Shown here piece by piece: positions 43,477 through 52,179 of a DNA stretch of 64,000 nt. The notes under the pieces were generated by a model that was not told where the DNA came from, did no database searches, and saw only the letters and a list, made by a program, of their open reading frames with translations. The stretch is from assembly GCA_965220105.1 (NCBI GenBank), contig OZ244811.1, positions 2,819,136 to 2,883,135 of the forward strand. Reading direction: 5' to 3'. The position numbers and the translations under genes are program-made. This DNA comes from Dehalococcoidia bacterium. Its GTDB lineage: Bacteria; Chloroflexota; Dehalococcoidia; Lucifugimonadales; UBA3495. Numbering within the stretch: the stretch's first letter is position 1; every line of letters begins with the position of its first letter.

Positions 43477-44839
43477 GTAGAGTACCGGGAGGTGGTGTAA
43501 AAGAATCGGTGTAGCCAAAAGCTAACCACCGCGTCATCCTTGATCGGAAGTCACAACCCAACCAAGGAGAACGACGGTGGTCAAGCAAAGAATGGACCTT
43601 TTGGAATTATTACGCAAGCGTGGTATGGACGGAGACGTGGACTTTCTGCGGGAAGCCCTGCGCGTCCTGGTGGACGGCATCATGGACGCCGAGGTTTCCG
43701 CCCAGATCGGCGCTGATCACGGCGAACGCAGCTCGGAGCGGGTCACCTACCGCAACGGCTACCGCAACCGCACCTGGGATACTCGGGTGGGCACCATGGA
43801 GTTGCACATTCCCAAGCTGCGGGAGGGCAGCTACTTCCCCAGCCTGCTGGAACCACGGCGGCGCAGTGAGAAGGCGCTGCTGTCGGTGATCCAGCAAGCC
43901 TATGTAGAAGGCGTGTCCACCAGGAGGGTGGATGACCTGATCAAATCTCTGGGCTGCGACGGCATCTCCAGCAGCCAGGTGTCGCGCATCTGCGAGCAAC
44001 TGGACGAGGTGGTGGAGAGTTTCCTGGGTCGGCCCCTGGACGGTGGCCCCTACCCCTACGTGTGGCTGGACGGCCTGACCCAGAAGGTGCGGGAGGGCGG
44101 TCGCATCGTCAACGTCTGCGTGGTGGTGGCGACGGGGGTCAATGCCGACGGGCAGCGTGAGATCCTGGGTATGGACGTGGGCGCCAGCGAGGACGGCGCC
44201 TTCTGGCTGGCCTTCCTGCGGTCGCTGACCGCTCGGGGGCTCAGCGGGGTGGAACTGGTTACCTCCGATGCCCACCAGGGGCTGAAGAACGCCATCGCCG
44301 CGGTGTTTGCTGGAGCCAGCTGGCAGCGCTGCCGCACTCACTTCATGGCCAACCTGCTCACCCGAGTGCCCAAGCGTGCCCAACCTGGCGTGGCCACCAT
44401 GGTACGCACCATCTACCAGCAACTGTCTCCCGCCGAGGTCCACGGCCAACTAGACCGAGTAGTGGAACAACTCCGGGAGCCCTTTCCCCAGGTGGCCGAA
44501 CTGCTGGCGGACGCTGCGCCGGACCTCCTGGCCTTCACGGCCTTCCCAGTGGCCCACTGGCAGAAGCTGTGGTCCAACAACCCGCAGGAACGGCTGAACC
44601 GGGAGATAAGGCGCCGCACTGATGTGGTGGGCATCTTCCCCAACCGGCTGTCGGCGCGGCGCCTGGTGGGCGCGGTGCTGGCCGAGCAGCACGACGAATG
44701 GGCCGAAGCCCGCCGCTACCTCACCATCCCCAACGCCGCCGGCAACGAGGCACTGCCGACGCCCAATATGCTGGACACAGCGACCTAATCAACATCAAAA
44801 GGGATGACGCGCTTTTACACCTATTGACGGGACACTACC
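43477..44839 (+). mobile_element. IS256-family insertion sequence (about 1.36 kb) with flanking direct repeat
   Basis: Imperfect terminal IRs sharing the core GGTGTAAAAG (43494-43503; complement at 44812-44821). CCCGCTTTCA is present at 43467-43476 and 44840-44849, so an 8-10 bp TSD with exact ends +/-2 bp. Confidence 0.85.
43577..44788 (+). CDS. IS256 family (mutator-type) transposase
   Basis: 403-aa ORF. RNGYRNRTWDTRVGTMELHIPKLREGSYFPSLLEPRRRSEKAL and VEGVSTRRVDDL are hallmark blocks. Confidence 0.9.
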   Translation: MVKQRMDLLELLRKRGMDGDVDFLREALRVLVDGIMDAEVSAQIGADHGERSSERVTYRNGYRNRTWDTRVGTMELHIPKLREGSYFPSLLEPRRRSEKALLSVIQQAYVEGVSTRRVDDLIKSLGCDGISSSQVSRICEQLDEVVESFLGRPLDGGPYPYVWLDGLTQKVREGGRIVNVCVVVATGVNADGQREILGMDVGASEDGAFWLAFLRSLTARGLSGVELVTSDAHQGLKNAIAAVFAGASWQRCRTHFMANLLTRVPKRAQPGVATMVRTIYQQLSPAEVHGQLDRVVEQLREPFPQVAELLADAAPDLLAFTAFPVAHWQKLWSNNPQERLNREIRRRTDVVGIFPNRLSARRLVGAVLAEQHDEWAEARRYLTIPNAAGNEALPTPNMLDTAT

Positions 44840-44851
44840 CCCGCTTTCACC

Positions 44852-44887
44852 TGTCATTGCGAGCGCAGCGTGGCAATCTCGTAGGGA
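44852..44887. repeat. Repeat family A, left half only (adjacent to IS256)
   Basis: gtcattgcgagcgcagcgtggcaatctcgtaggg, with no matching right arm downstream. Confidence 0.7.
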
Positions 44888-44935
44888 TTTTGGCTATTGA
44901 CGCGGGTGTAGGCAGGGATGGGCGGTAGTCGGTTG

Positions 44936-45100
44936 GGATTTCACCCTCACCCCTCCCCTCTCCCATCGAGGGAGAGGGGAGGGCCCGCCGAAGCCAAATA
45001 GCCCCTCTCCCCTGGTGGGAGAGGGGTTGGGGTGAGGGGAGTTCCCTGGCGCAAAGGATTTCACCCTCACCCTAACCCTCTCCCATCGAGGGAGAGGGGA
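44936..45100. repeat. Three family B hairpin repeats in alternating orientation
   Basis: gatttcaccctcacccctcccctctcccatcgagggagagggg / cccctctcccctggtgggagaggggttggggtgagggg / gatttcaccctcaccctaaccctctcccatcgagggagagggg. Confidence 0.85.
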
Positions 45101-45124
45101 CACTGGCCGTTGTGGCTGGGTTAA

Positions 45125-45154
45125 TTGACAGGGCCGGCGGGGTCGCCTTAGAAT
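45125..45154 (+). promoter_or_regulatory. Possible promoter TTGACA-18-TAGAAT
   Basis: Hexamers at 45125-45130 and 45149-45154. The leader contains the hairpin GGCGCTGG-N10-CCAGCGCC. AAGGAGG lies before the ATG at 45250. Confidence 0.35.
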
Positions 45155-45249
45155 TGCGGACGCTACATTTCGGCGTCGGACGCCGTAAGATGTGGCGCTG
45201 GCGCTGAATTCCCAGCGCCGAATGCCCCGAATTAAGGAGGTGCCAAGCC

Positions 45250-45486
45250 ATGCCAACGAAAGCCTTTTTGCTGGTGGAAACTGCGGTCGGTCGCACCCGC
45301 GACGTCGCCAACACCCTGCGCGGTCTGGACGGCATCGAGTCGGTGGACGTTGTTACCGGTCCTTACGACATCATCGCGGTGATTTCCGGCGACGATATGT
45401 CGGTCGTGGGCGGGCTGGTTACCGAGAAAATCCACACTGTGGTAGGAGTGGTGCGTACCGTGACCTGCGTGGCGGTGGATGCTTGA
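45250..45486 (+). CDS. Stand-alone Lrp/AsnC ligand-binding (RAM) domain protein
   Basis: 78-aa ORF. KAFLLVETAVGRTRDVANTLRGLDGIESVDVVTGPYDIIAVI is the typical AsnC_trans_reg domain. Confidence 0.8.
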   Translation: MPTKAFLLVETAVGRTRDVANTLRGLDGIESVDVVTGPYDIIAVISGDDMSVVGGLVTEKIHTVVGVVRTVTCVAVDA

Positions 45487-45530
45487 CCCTCGCGTTAGCG
45501 TCAGGTTGTTGGGAATAACGGGAGGGCCTG

Positions 45531-46706
45531 TTGGAGTACCGCTTTACCGCCGATGACGACAAGTTTCGTCACGATTTGCGCCAGTTCATAGCAGCCGAGT
45601 TGCCCCCGGATTGGGAGGGCGGCGGTCGCTGGCCGGAGGAATACGACCGGGATTTCACGCAGCAGATGCGGGGTCGGCTGGCGGAAAAGGGCTGGTTGAC
45701 CATGCACTGGCCGCGGGAATACGGCGGTGAGGACGCCTCACCCGTGCAGTCCGCCATCTATAACGAGGAACTGGCGTATCTGCGGGCTCCGGGGCGGGAC
45801 ATCTTCGGCGTGCGGATGCTGGGACCGACGCTCATGATTCACGGCAGCGAGGAGCAAAAGCGGCAGCACCTGCCGCCCATCGCCCGGGGCGAAGTCCAGT
45901 GGTGCCAGGGGTACAGCGAGCCGGAGTCGGGTTCTGACCTGGCGTCGTTGAGCACGCGGGCGGTGCGCGACGGCGACGATTACATCATCAACGGCGCGAA
46001 GATCTGGACGACGCTGGCCCACCGGTCCGACTGGATCATGTGCCTGGCGCGCACCGACCCGGAAGCGCCCCAGCATCGGGGCATCAGCTTCATCCTGGTG
46101 GACATGAAGTCGCCGGGGGTTGAAGTGCGACCGGTCATCAACATGGCCGGCGGGCACGAGTTCAACCAGGTGATATTCGACGATGTTCGCGTTCCGAGCA
46201 GCAACGTGGTGGGCGAGGAGAACCGGGGCTGGTACGTGGCGGTTACGCTGCTGGACTTTGAACGTTCGGGCATCGACTACTCGGCCATTGCCCGGCGATT
46301 GCTGGACGACACCCGGGATTACACCGGCGGTATGACGCGAAACGGTGCGATGGTCACCGATGCGCCGTGGGTCCGGAACCTGCTGGCCGACCGGTACATC
46401 GAGTGCGAAGTGGCCCGCCTGATGGCGTACAACGTGGCGTGGATGCAGGGCGAGGGGCTGGTGCCCAACAAAGAGGCGTCCATGAGCAAGGCTTTCGGCA
46501 GCGAGACGCTGCATCGGTCGGCCAACAGCGTCCTGGAGATCGTGGGGCTGCCGGGGGCGCTGGGCCGGGGCGAGGAGCGGGCGCCGCTGAAGGGCCGTTT
46601 GCCCGAAAACTGGATGATCAGCTTCTCGCACCAGATTGCCGGCGGGACGTCGGAAGTGCAACGGGGCATCATCGCCGGCCGGGGCCTGGGGTTGCCCAGG
46701 GGTTAG
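45531..46706 (+). CDS. Acyl-CoA dehydrogenase family protein
   Basis: 391-aa ORF with WCQGYSEPESGSDLASL and a GGTSEVQRGIIA C-terminal motif. Confidence 0.9.
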   Translation: MEYRFTADDDKFRHDLRQFIAAELPPDWEGGGRWPEEYDRDFTQQMRGRLAEKGWLTMHWPREYGGEDASPVQSAIYNEELAYLRAPGRDIFGVRMLGPTLMIHGSEEQKRQHLPPIARGEVQWCQGYSEPESGSDLASLSTRAVRDGDDYIINGAKIWTTLAHRSDWIMCLARTDPEAPQHRGISFILVDMKSPGVEVRPVINMAGGHEFNQVIFDDVRVPSSNVVGEENRGWYVAVTLLDFERSGIDYSAIARRLLDDTRDYTGGMTRNGAMVTDAPWVRNLLADRYIECEVARLMAYNVAWMQGEGLVPNKEASMSKAFGSETLHRSANSVLEIVGLPGALGRGEERAPLKGRLPENWMISFSHQIAGGTSEVQRGIIAGRGLGLPRG

Positions 46707-46719
46707 GCCACCGGATTCG

Positions 46720-47061
46720 TTACGCCGCCAGCCGGGAAAAGACGGCGATTTCGGACGGGGAGAGTTCCCGCATCGCCTCCCGACAACGTTTCAGGATGCG
46801 GAAAACGGTGCGCTTGGTGATTGAGAAGCGGGCGGCGGCCTCGGCGACGGACAATTCCTCAGCTTGAATGACGGAAATCATCCGCAGGTCGCGGGACATG
46901 CGGCGGTACTTGGTGTACCAGGCCATATCGTCGAACTTGCATCTGGGAAGAGGGCATCCCAGGCAGTTTTCGGCCACTTCACAGCCGGTCTCTTCGTAGT
47001 GCTCAAAACTGGCTTCGAGGATAGCGGTCTGATCCGCGGCGACGGCATCATTCGCGTACAT
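46720..47061 (-). CDS. Cys-rich HTH protein (sigma-70 region 4 / DUF134-like HTH), putative regulator
   Basis: 113-aa ORF with CEVAENCLGCPLPRC (C-x5-C-x2-C-x4-C), followed by EELSVAEAAARFSITKRTVFRILKRCREAM. Confidence 0.5.
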   Translation of the reverse strand: MYANDAVAADQTAILEASFEHYEETGCEVAENCLGCPLPRCKFDDMAWYTKYRRMSRDLRMISVIQAEELSVAEAAARFSITKRTVFRILKRCREAMRELSPSEIAVFSRLAA

Positions 47062-47233
47062 GTAAACACTCTCCGGAACGGGCGTTCTGATTTATCGAGA
47101 TTATAAAACGTCGGTTCGGAAGCGGTCAATGAACCGTCAGAACATATTTTCGGCAGTTTTGGATGTTTTGCATGGACGGACGGGATTTGGTGGAACTCAG
47201 GAACGCACTTTGAAGAGGGTTAGCGATTACATC

Positions 47234-47268
47234 GAGATTGCCACGTCGCTACGCTCCTCGCAATGACA
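47234..47268. repeat. Repeat family A, right half only
   Basis: gagattgccacgtcgctacgctcctcgcaatgaca, with no left arm upstream. Confidence 0.7.
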
Positions 47269-47317
47269 GATAGCGGAAAGGCCTGGGGTGGGACAGGCGG
47301 TTCGCCAGCGCTGATTT

Positions 47318-47767
47318 TTAGCGACTGGCGGAGAGGAAGCGGCGCAGGATGGCTACCGCGGCGCCTTCGTCCACCGCGCCCCGGTTCCGGCTGGGGCTGC
47401 GTCCAGAGTCGAGCAATTCCGCGGTGGCGGCGGATGAAGTAAACGCTTCGTCGACGGTGAAGATGGGGATGTTGGTCGTGCGTCGCAGCGCCCTGATGAA
47501 AGATTCGGTTTTGCGGGCCTGCTCGCCGGGGCGCCCCTGCGAGTCGTAGGGCATACCGACGACCAGGGCCGCCGCTTCTCGTTGTGCGGCGGCATCCAGG
47601 ATGTTGGATACGTCGGCGCGCCGATTACGTCGGTGGATGTATCCGGCGGGCAGGATCAAATCGCCGGGTGGGATGCTGACGGCGAGACCGATGCGTCGGT
47701 CACCGACGTCAAGGCCGAGCAGCCTGCCGGCCCGGGCCAGTTGGGCAACGTCTGCTGTTGTGGTCAG
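47318..47767 (-). CDS. ruvX: Holliday junction resolvase-like protein RuvX/YqgF; start codon uncertain
   Basis: The ORF track starts at TTG 47659. The conserved catalytic N-terminus (RLLGLDVGDRRIGLAVS) lies upstream in the same frame, which opens after a TGA and contains only CTG codons (first at 47767-47765, overlapping the alaS stop). Confidence 0.8.
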   Translation of the reverse strand: MTTTADVAQLARAGRLLGLDVGDRRIGLAVSIPPGDLILPAGYIHRRNRRADVSNILDAAAQREAAALVVGMPYDSQGRPGEQARKTESFIRALRRTTNIPIFTVDEAFTSSAATAELLDSGRSPSRNRGAVDEGAAVAILRRFLSASR

Positions 47768-50568
47768 GCGTTCAAGCCCTCACGGACGAGGCGAGCCACG
47801 CCGTCCAGCGCAGCGCCCAGTCGGTCGGCCTGGCGTCCACCGGCCTGGGCCATTTCGGGGCGTCCGCCGCCGCCGCCGCCCATAACCTGCGCCGCTTCCC
47901 GGGCAATGTTGCCGGCGTGGAGCCCCCGGCTGACCAAGTCGGGCGTGACCATGGTAACGATGACGGGGGCGTCGTTGACCACGGCGCCGAGGGCCACGAC
48001 GACGCTCTGCAGCTTGTCCTTGAGGAAGTCGCCCATTTCGCGCATGGCTTCGACGTTGTGCGCGGAGGTGGCGCTGGCAATGAGCTTGACGCCGTCCACG
48101 TCCTGTACACGACTCAGGAGGGTTTCGGCTTCGGAGCGCAGGCCGGTGCGTTCGGCATCGGCGAGGCGGCGGCGCAGGACGTCGGTGTCGGCCATGTAGG
48201 CGTCGAGGCGAGTTTCCAGCTCGGGGACCGGGGCCTGGAGCCTTTGGGAGATGGCTTGCAGCGTGGCCGATTGCTGCACGAAAAGTTCTTCGGCAGCCCG
48301 CCCGGTCATGGCCTCGATGCGCCGCATACCGCCGCCGATGCTGGCCTCGCCAAGGACGACGAGGGTGCCCACTTCGCCGGTGGCGTGGACGTGGGTACCA
48401 CCGCACACCTCGAAACTGAAGGGTTCCGCATCGTCGTGACTGGCCATGCGAACCACTCGAACGACGTCGCCGTAGCGGTCACCGAAGAAGGCCAACGCGC
48501 CGTCGCGGACGGCGTCGGTGTAGGTAGTTTCCTGGGCGGAAACGCCGAGGTTGGCGCGGATGTTCCGGTTGGCGAGAGCCTGGACACCCAGCTGTTCGTC
48601 GGGCGTCAGGGCGCCCACGTGGTTGAAGTCAAAGCGGAGCCGTCCCGGGGCGCAGAGGGAACCGGCCTGGCGTACGTGGGGGCCAAGGACGGAGCGCAGG
48701 GCAGCGTGGAGCAGGTGGGTGCTGCTGTGGTTGCGGGAGGCATCGAGACGGCGTTCGGAATCGACCTGTGCCGCGACCGAATCGCCGAGGGCGAGGTCGC
48801 CGTCGACCACGTTGCCGCGGTGGACAATCAGCCCAGCCACCGGGCTCTGGGTGTCCTCGACGCGCAGGTGACCGTTGGGGCCGGTGATAACGCCCTGGTC
48901 GCCGACCTGTCCGCCGCCCTCGGCGTAGAAGCAGGTTTCGGCCAGCACGATTTCCACGTGTTGACCGCGGGTGGCGTGGCCGACCGCCTCACCGTCGAGC
49001 AGGATGCCGACGATGCGGGAATCCAAACTGGTGCGATCGTAACCGAAGAAGGCGGTAGCGCCGGCGCCCAGGTTTTCGTAGGCGGTGACGATTTCCATGC
49101 TGCCGGTTACCTGGTGGCCGGCCCGGTCGCGTATCCGCTTGGCCGCCATCTCGGCGTTGAAACCGTCCATATCGACGGAGAGGCCGTACTCGCGGCGAGC
49201 GATTTCGTCGACCAGCTCGGGGGGAAAGCCGTAGGTGTCGTACAGGACGAAGGCGATGCCGCCGGGGATTGCGTTGGCGGTGCGGGCGGCGGCCAGGTCT
49301 GCTTCGTTGACCGCCGCAGTCTCTACCAGCGCCGGCGCGTCGGATGATGGGTCATTGATGAAATGCAGAATGTCTTCCAGGAGTGGAGTTCCGTGCCGGA
49401 TGTTGTCCAGGAACTGGATTTCTTCGAGGCTAACCACCCGCTGAACGAAATCCCGGTTTTCGGCGAGAGCGGGATAGGCAGCGGCGAAGCGGTGCATTAC
49501 GGCGGCGGTGACTTCGGTCATAAAGGGGCGATCTACGCCGAGCTGGCGTCCGTAGCGGATAGCCCGGCGGATGATGCGCCGCAGCACGTAGCCACGTTCG
49601 CTGTTGGACGGCACCACGCCATCGCTGATCAGGAAGCACGCGGCGCGGGCGTGCTCGGCGACCACCCGGATGGCGTAATCGGCCTCGGTTTCCACGCCGT
49701 ACTGGACGCCGGACAGGGAGCACACGGCGTCCACGATGGGGCGAAACAGGTCGGTTTCGTAGACGTTGGGCTTGCCCTGCAGGATGGCGGCGGCGCGTTC
49801 CAGGCCCATGCCGGTGTCGACGCTGGGGGCGGGCAGCGGCGTGCGGGAGCCCGCGGGGTCCTGGTAAAACTGCATGAACACCAGGTTCCAGAGCTCCACG
49901 AACCGCTCGCAGTCGCAGTTGGGGTGGCAGCCGCCGGGGTTGGCGTCCGGGCCGCCCGCGGCTTCGCGGCGGAGCAGGGCGGTGAGGTCGTCGGGAGGCA
50001 TCAGGTCGTCGAATTCGGGATGCTGACCGATGCCCTTGTCGGAGCCGCCGTCGTAGTGCAGTTCGGAGCAGGGGCCGGTGGGTCCTTCCAGCCCGGCGGG
50101 ACCCCACCAGTTGTCGCTGTTGCCGTAGCGGTAGATGCGTTCCGGCGGGAGGCCGATGTCGTTGCGCCAGAGGTCGTAGGCATCGTCGTCGTCCAGGTGA
50201 ATGGTCACGTAGAGCCGTTCCGGTTCCAGGCCGAAGAGATCGGTGCAGAGTTCCCAGGCGAATGCGACGGCGTCCTTCTTGAAATAATCGCCGATGCTGA
50301 AGTTGCCCAGCATCTCGAAGAACGTGAGGTGCTTGTGGTCGCCAACCTCGTCAATGTCGGTGGTGCGAAAGGATTTTTGGCAGCTGGTGAGGCGACGACG
50401 GGGTGGAGTCTGCTCCCCCATGAAGAAGGGCTTGAAGGGAACCATGCCGGCGGACGTGAAGAGGAGGGTGGGGTCGCCGGCGGGAATGAGGGAAGCGGAA
50501 GGCATGGGGAGGTGTCCGCGTTCCTCGAAGAAATTCAGGTAGGAATTGCGAATACTGTCGCCTTCCAT
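47764..50568 (-). CDS. alaS: Alanine--tRNA ligase
   Basis: 934-aa ORF. N-terminus IRNSYLNFFEERGH; FEMLGNFSIGDYFK; editing-domain HSSTHLLHAAL; C-terminal DHHA1 GGGGGRPEMAQAGG. Confidence 0.97.
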   Translation of the reverse strand: MEGDSIRNSYLNFFEERGHLPMPSASLIPAGDPTLLFTSAGMVPFKPFFMGEQTPPRRRLTSCQKSFRTTDIDEVGDHKHLTFFEMLGNFSIGDYFKKDAVAFAWELCTDLFGLEPERLYVTIHLDDDDAYDLWRNDIGLPPERIYRYGNSDNWWGPAGLEGPTGPCSELHYDGGSDKGIGQHPEFDDLMPPDDLTALLRREAAGGPDANPGGCHPNCDCERFVELWNLVFMQFYQDPAGSRTPLPAPSVDTGMGLERAAAILQGKPNVYETDLFRPIVDAVCSLSGVQYGVETEADYAIRVVAEHARAACFLISDGVVPSNSERGYVLRRIIRRAIRYGRQLGVDRPFMTEVTAAVMHRFAAAYPALAENRDFVQRVVSLEEIQFLDNIRHGTPLLEDILHFINDPSSDAPALVETAAVNEADLAAARTANAIPGGIAFVLYDTYGFPPELVDEIARREYGLSVDMDGFNAEMAAKRIRDRAGHQVTGSMEIVTAYENLGAGATAFFGYDRTSLDSRIVGILLDGEAVGHATRGQHVEIVLAETCFYAEGGGQVGDQGVITGPNGHLRVEDTQSPVAGLIVHRGNVVDGDLALGDSVAAQVDSERRLDASRNHSSTHLLHAALRSVLGPHVRQAGSLCAPGRLRFDFNHVGALTPDEQLGVQALANRNIRANLGVSAQETTYTDAVRDGALAFFGDRYGDVVRVVRMASHDDAEPFSFEVCGGTHVHATGEVGTLVVLGEASIGGGMRRIEAMTGRAAEELFVQQSATLQAISQRLQAPVPELETRLDAYMADTDVLRRRLADAERTGLRSEAETLLSRVQDVDGVKLIASATSAHNVEAMREMGDFLKDKLQSVVVALGAVVNDAPVIVTMVTPDLVSRGLHAGNIAREAAQVMGGGGGGRPEMAQAGGRQADRLGAALDGVARLVREGLNA

Positions 50569-50861
50569 GGTGGGTTACGACTCCCGTAGCCAAGGTTACG
50601 AAATAAGGTTATGCGGGCTACCCAGCCGATTGTATGGTACGGCTTGGGGAGCGTCAATAATTGGTGGAGTTTTCGCCCGGCCCCCGGGCTTGTTCCGGAG
50701 TGAGAAGCGAGTCCGCCATCACCCTGATCCTGGCCCGCCGGGAGCCGGGACATGATTGCGCTACGGCAATTCCCGGACGAAAGTTTAATGCCTGAGGTCG
50801 GTCTGCCCGTGTATCATATCGACGTACTTTCAGCGACGACAGGAATTCATGGGAGGACACC

Positions 50862-51671
50862 ATGACTAGCGCGACAAACGGCAGCACAATTTCGGTAGTG
50901 ATTCACGGCGCGACGGGTCGGATGGGCGCAGAAACGGTGCGCGCGGTGGCCGGAGCCGACGACCTGACCCTGGTGGGCGCCACCTGCCGCACGCCCCGGG
51001 GAGACAACCTGAACACCCCGGCCGGCAGTGTGCCTCTGTCCACCGACCTGAACTCGATGCTGGAGGCGACGCAACCGGACGTGATGGTGGAGTTTACCCA
51101 CGCCGAGGCCTGCATGGCGGCGGCTCCGATGGCGGCGTCCCGGGGCATCCACCTGGTGCTGGGCGCCAGCGGCCTCAACGCCGAACAGTTGCAGACGCTC
51201 GATACCATGAGCCGGGAACACGGCATCGGCGTCATCGTCGCGCCCAACTTCGCCTTGGGCGCCGTAGTGCTCAAGAAGCTGGCGGAGCAGGCCGCGGCCT
51301 TCTTCGACTACGTGGACGTGGTCGAAGCCCACCACGAAATGAAGATCGACGCCCCCTCCGGATTTTCGCTGGCCATCGCCCGAGGCATGAGAGATACGCG
51401 GGGCAGCGATTTCCAACGGAACGAAACCACCATGCACCACCTGCCGGAGACCCGCGGCGGCGACCTGGGCGGCGTGGGGATCCACAGCATGCGTCTCCCT
51501 GGACGCAGCGCCCACCACGAGGTCATTCTGGGCGCGGCCGGGCAGACCCTCAGCATCCGCCACGACACCCTGGGTCGCGACTGCTACATGCCCGGCGTGC
51601 TGCGGTGCGTCCGGGAGGTCGGCCAGCGACCCGGCCTGACGGTGGGCCTGGAAACGGTGCTTGGTCTGTAA
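50862..51671 (+). CDS. dapB: 4-hydroxy-tetrahydrodipicolinate reductase
   Basis: 269-aa ORF with VVIHGATGRMG, VVEAHHEMKIDAPSG and HSMRLPGRSAHHEV. GGGAGG SD. Confidence 0.92.
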   Translation: MTSATNGSTISVVIHGATGRMGAETVRAVAGADDLTLVGATCRTPRGDNLNTPAGSVPLSTDLNSMLEATQPDVMVEFTHAEACMAAAPMAASRGIHLVLGASGLNAEQLQTLDTMSREHGIGVIVAPNFALGAVVLKKLAEQAAAFFDYVDVVEAHHEMKIDAPSGFSLAIARGMRDTRGSDFQRNETTMHHLPETRGGDLGGVGIHSMRLPGRSAHHEVILGAAGQTLSIRHDTLGRDCYMPGVLRCVREVGQRPGLTVGLETVLGL

Positions 51672-51715
51672 ACACCATCGGAGACAACCGCAGGGTCTTT
51701 CGATTGTTCCCTAAT

Positions 51716-51851
51716 GTCATTGCGAGGAGCGAAGCGACGTGGCAATCCCGCTCATCCTGCGAGGAGAGCAGCGGCGTGGCAATCCCGCTCATCCTGAGCC
51801 TGTCGAAGGACGCCAACGAGAACGAGATTGCCACGCTGCGCTCGCAATGAC
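51716..51851. repeat. Repeat family A copy with duplicated inner arm and LSLSK-type loop module
   Basis: gtcattgcgaggagcgaagcgacgtggcaatcccgctcatcctgcgaggagagcagcggcgtggcaatcccgctcatcctgagcctgtcgaaggacgcc...gagattgccacgctgcgctcgcaatgac. Confidence 0.85.
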
Positions 51852-52179
51852 ACTGCCGAAAATCGAAAGGCGCTGAGACAACCGGCGCATTCTGGACGGT
51901 TTCCGGCGGCGGGTGTAACCTAAATCACACTCGATGTCAATCAACCAGCCAACCGGTGGGCCTGCGCTACTTCGCGGGCCAATTCCTGGATCTTCGGCGC
52001 TTTTGTTTTCCTGGCTCCGTTGGCGGCCGGCCTGAAAGCTTGGCAAACTGCGCTGGACCTGATTGAGCAAAATCGCCAGTTGATCGAACAAAACCGCCAG
52101 CTGATTGAGCGCCTGGTTCGACGGAACAACGGCCAGAACCACGCCAACTCATAACTGTAAAGCCATACTCAGGAGCGCT

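Noticed and set aside
50569-50861. T-box leader for alaS, or a lysine riboswitch for dapB (also 53221-53400 upstream of dapA)
   Set aside because: No T-box sequence (GGTGGTACCGCG-like) was seen on the alaS strand, and no L-box core could be recognised by eye. Only generic GC hairpins are present. A search with cmsearch (RF00230, RF00168) is needed to be sure.
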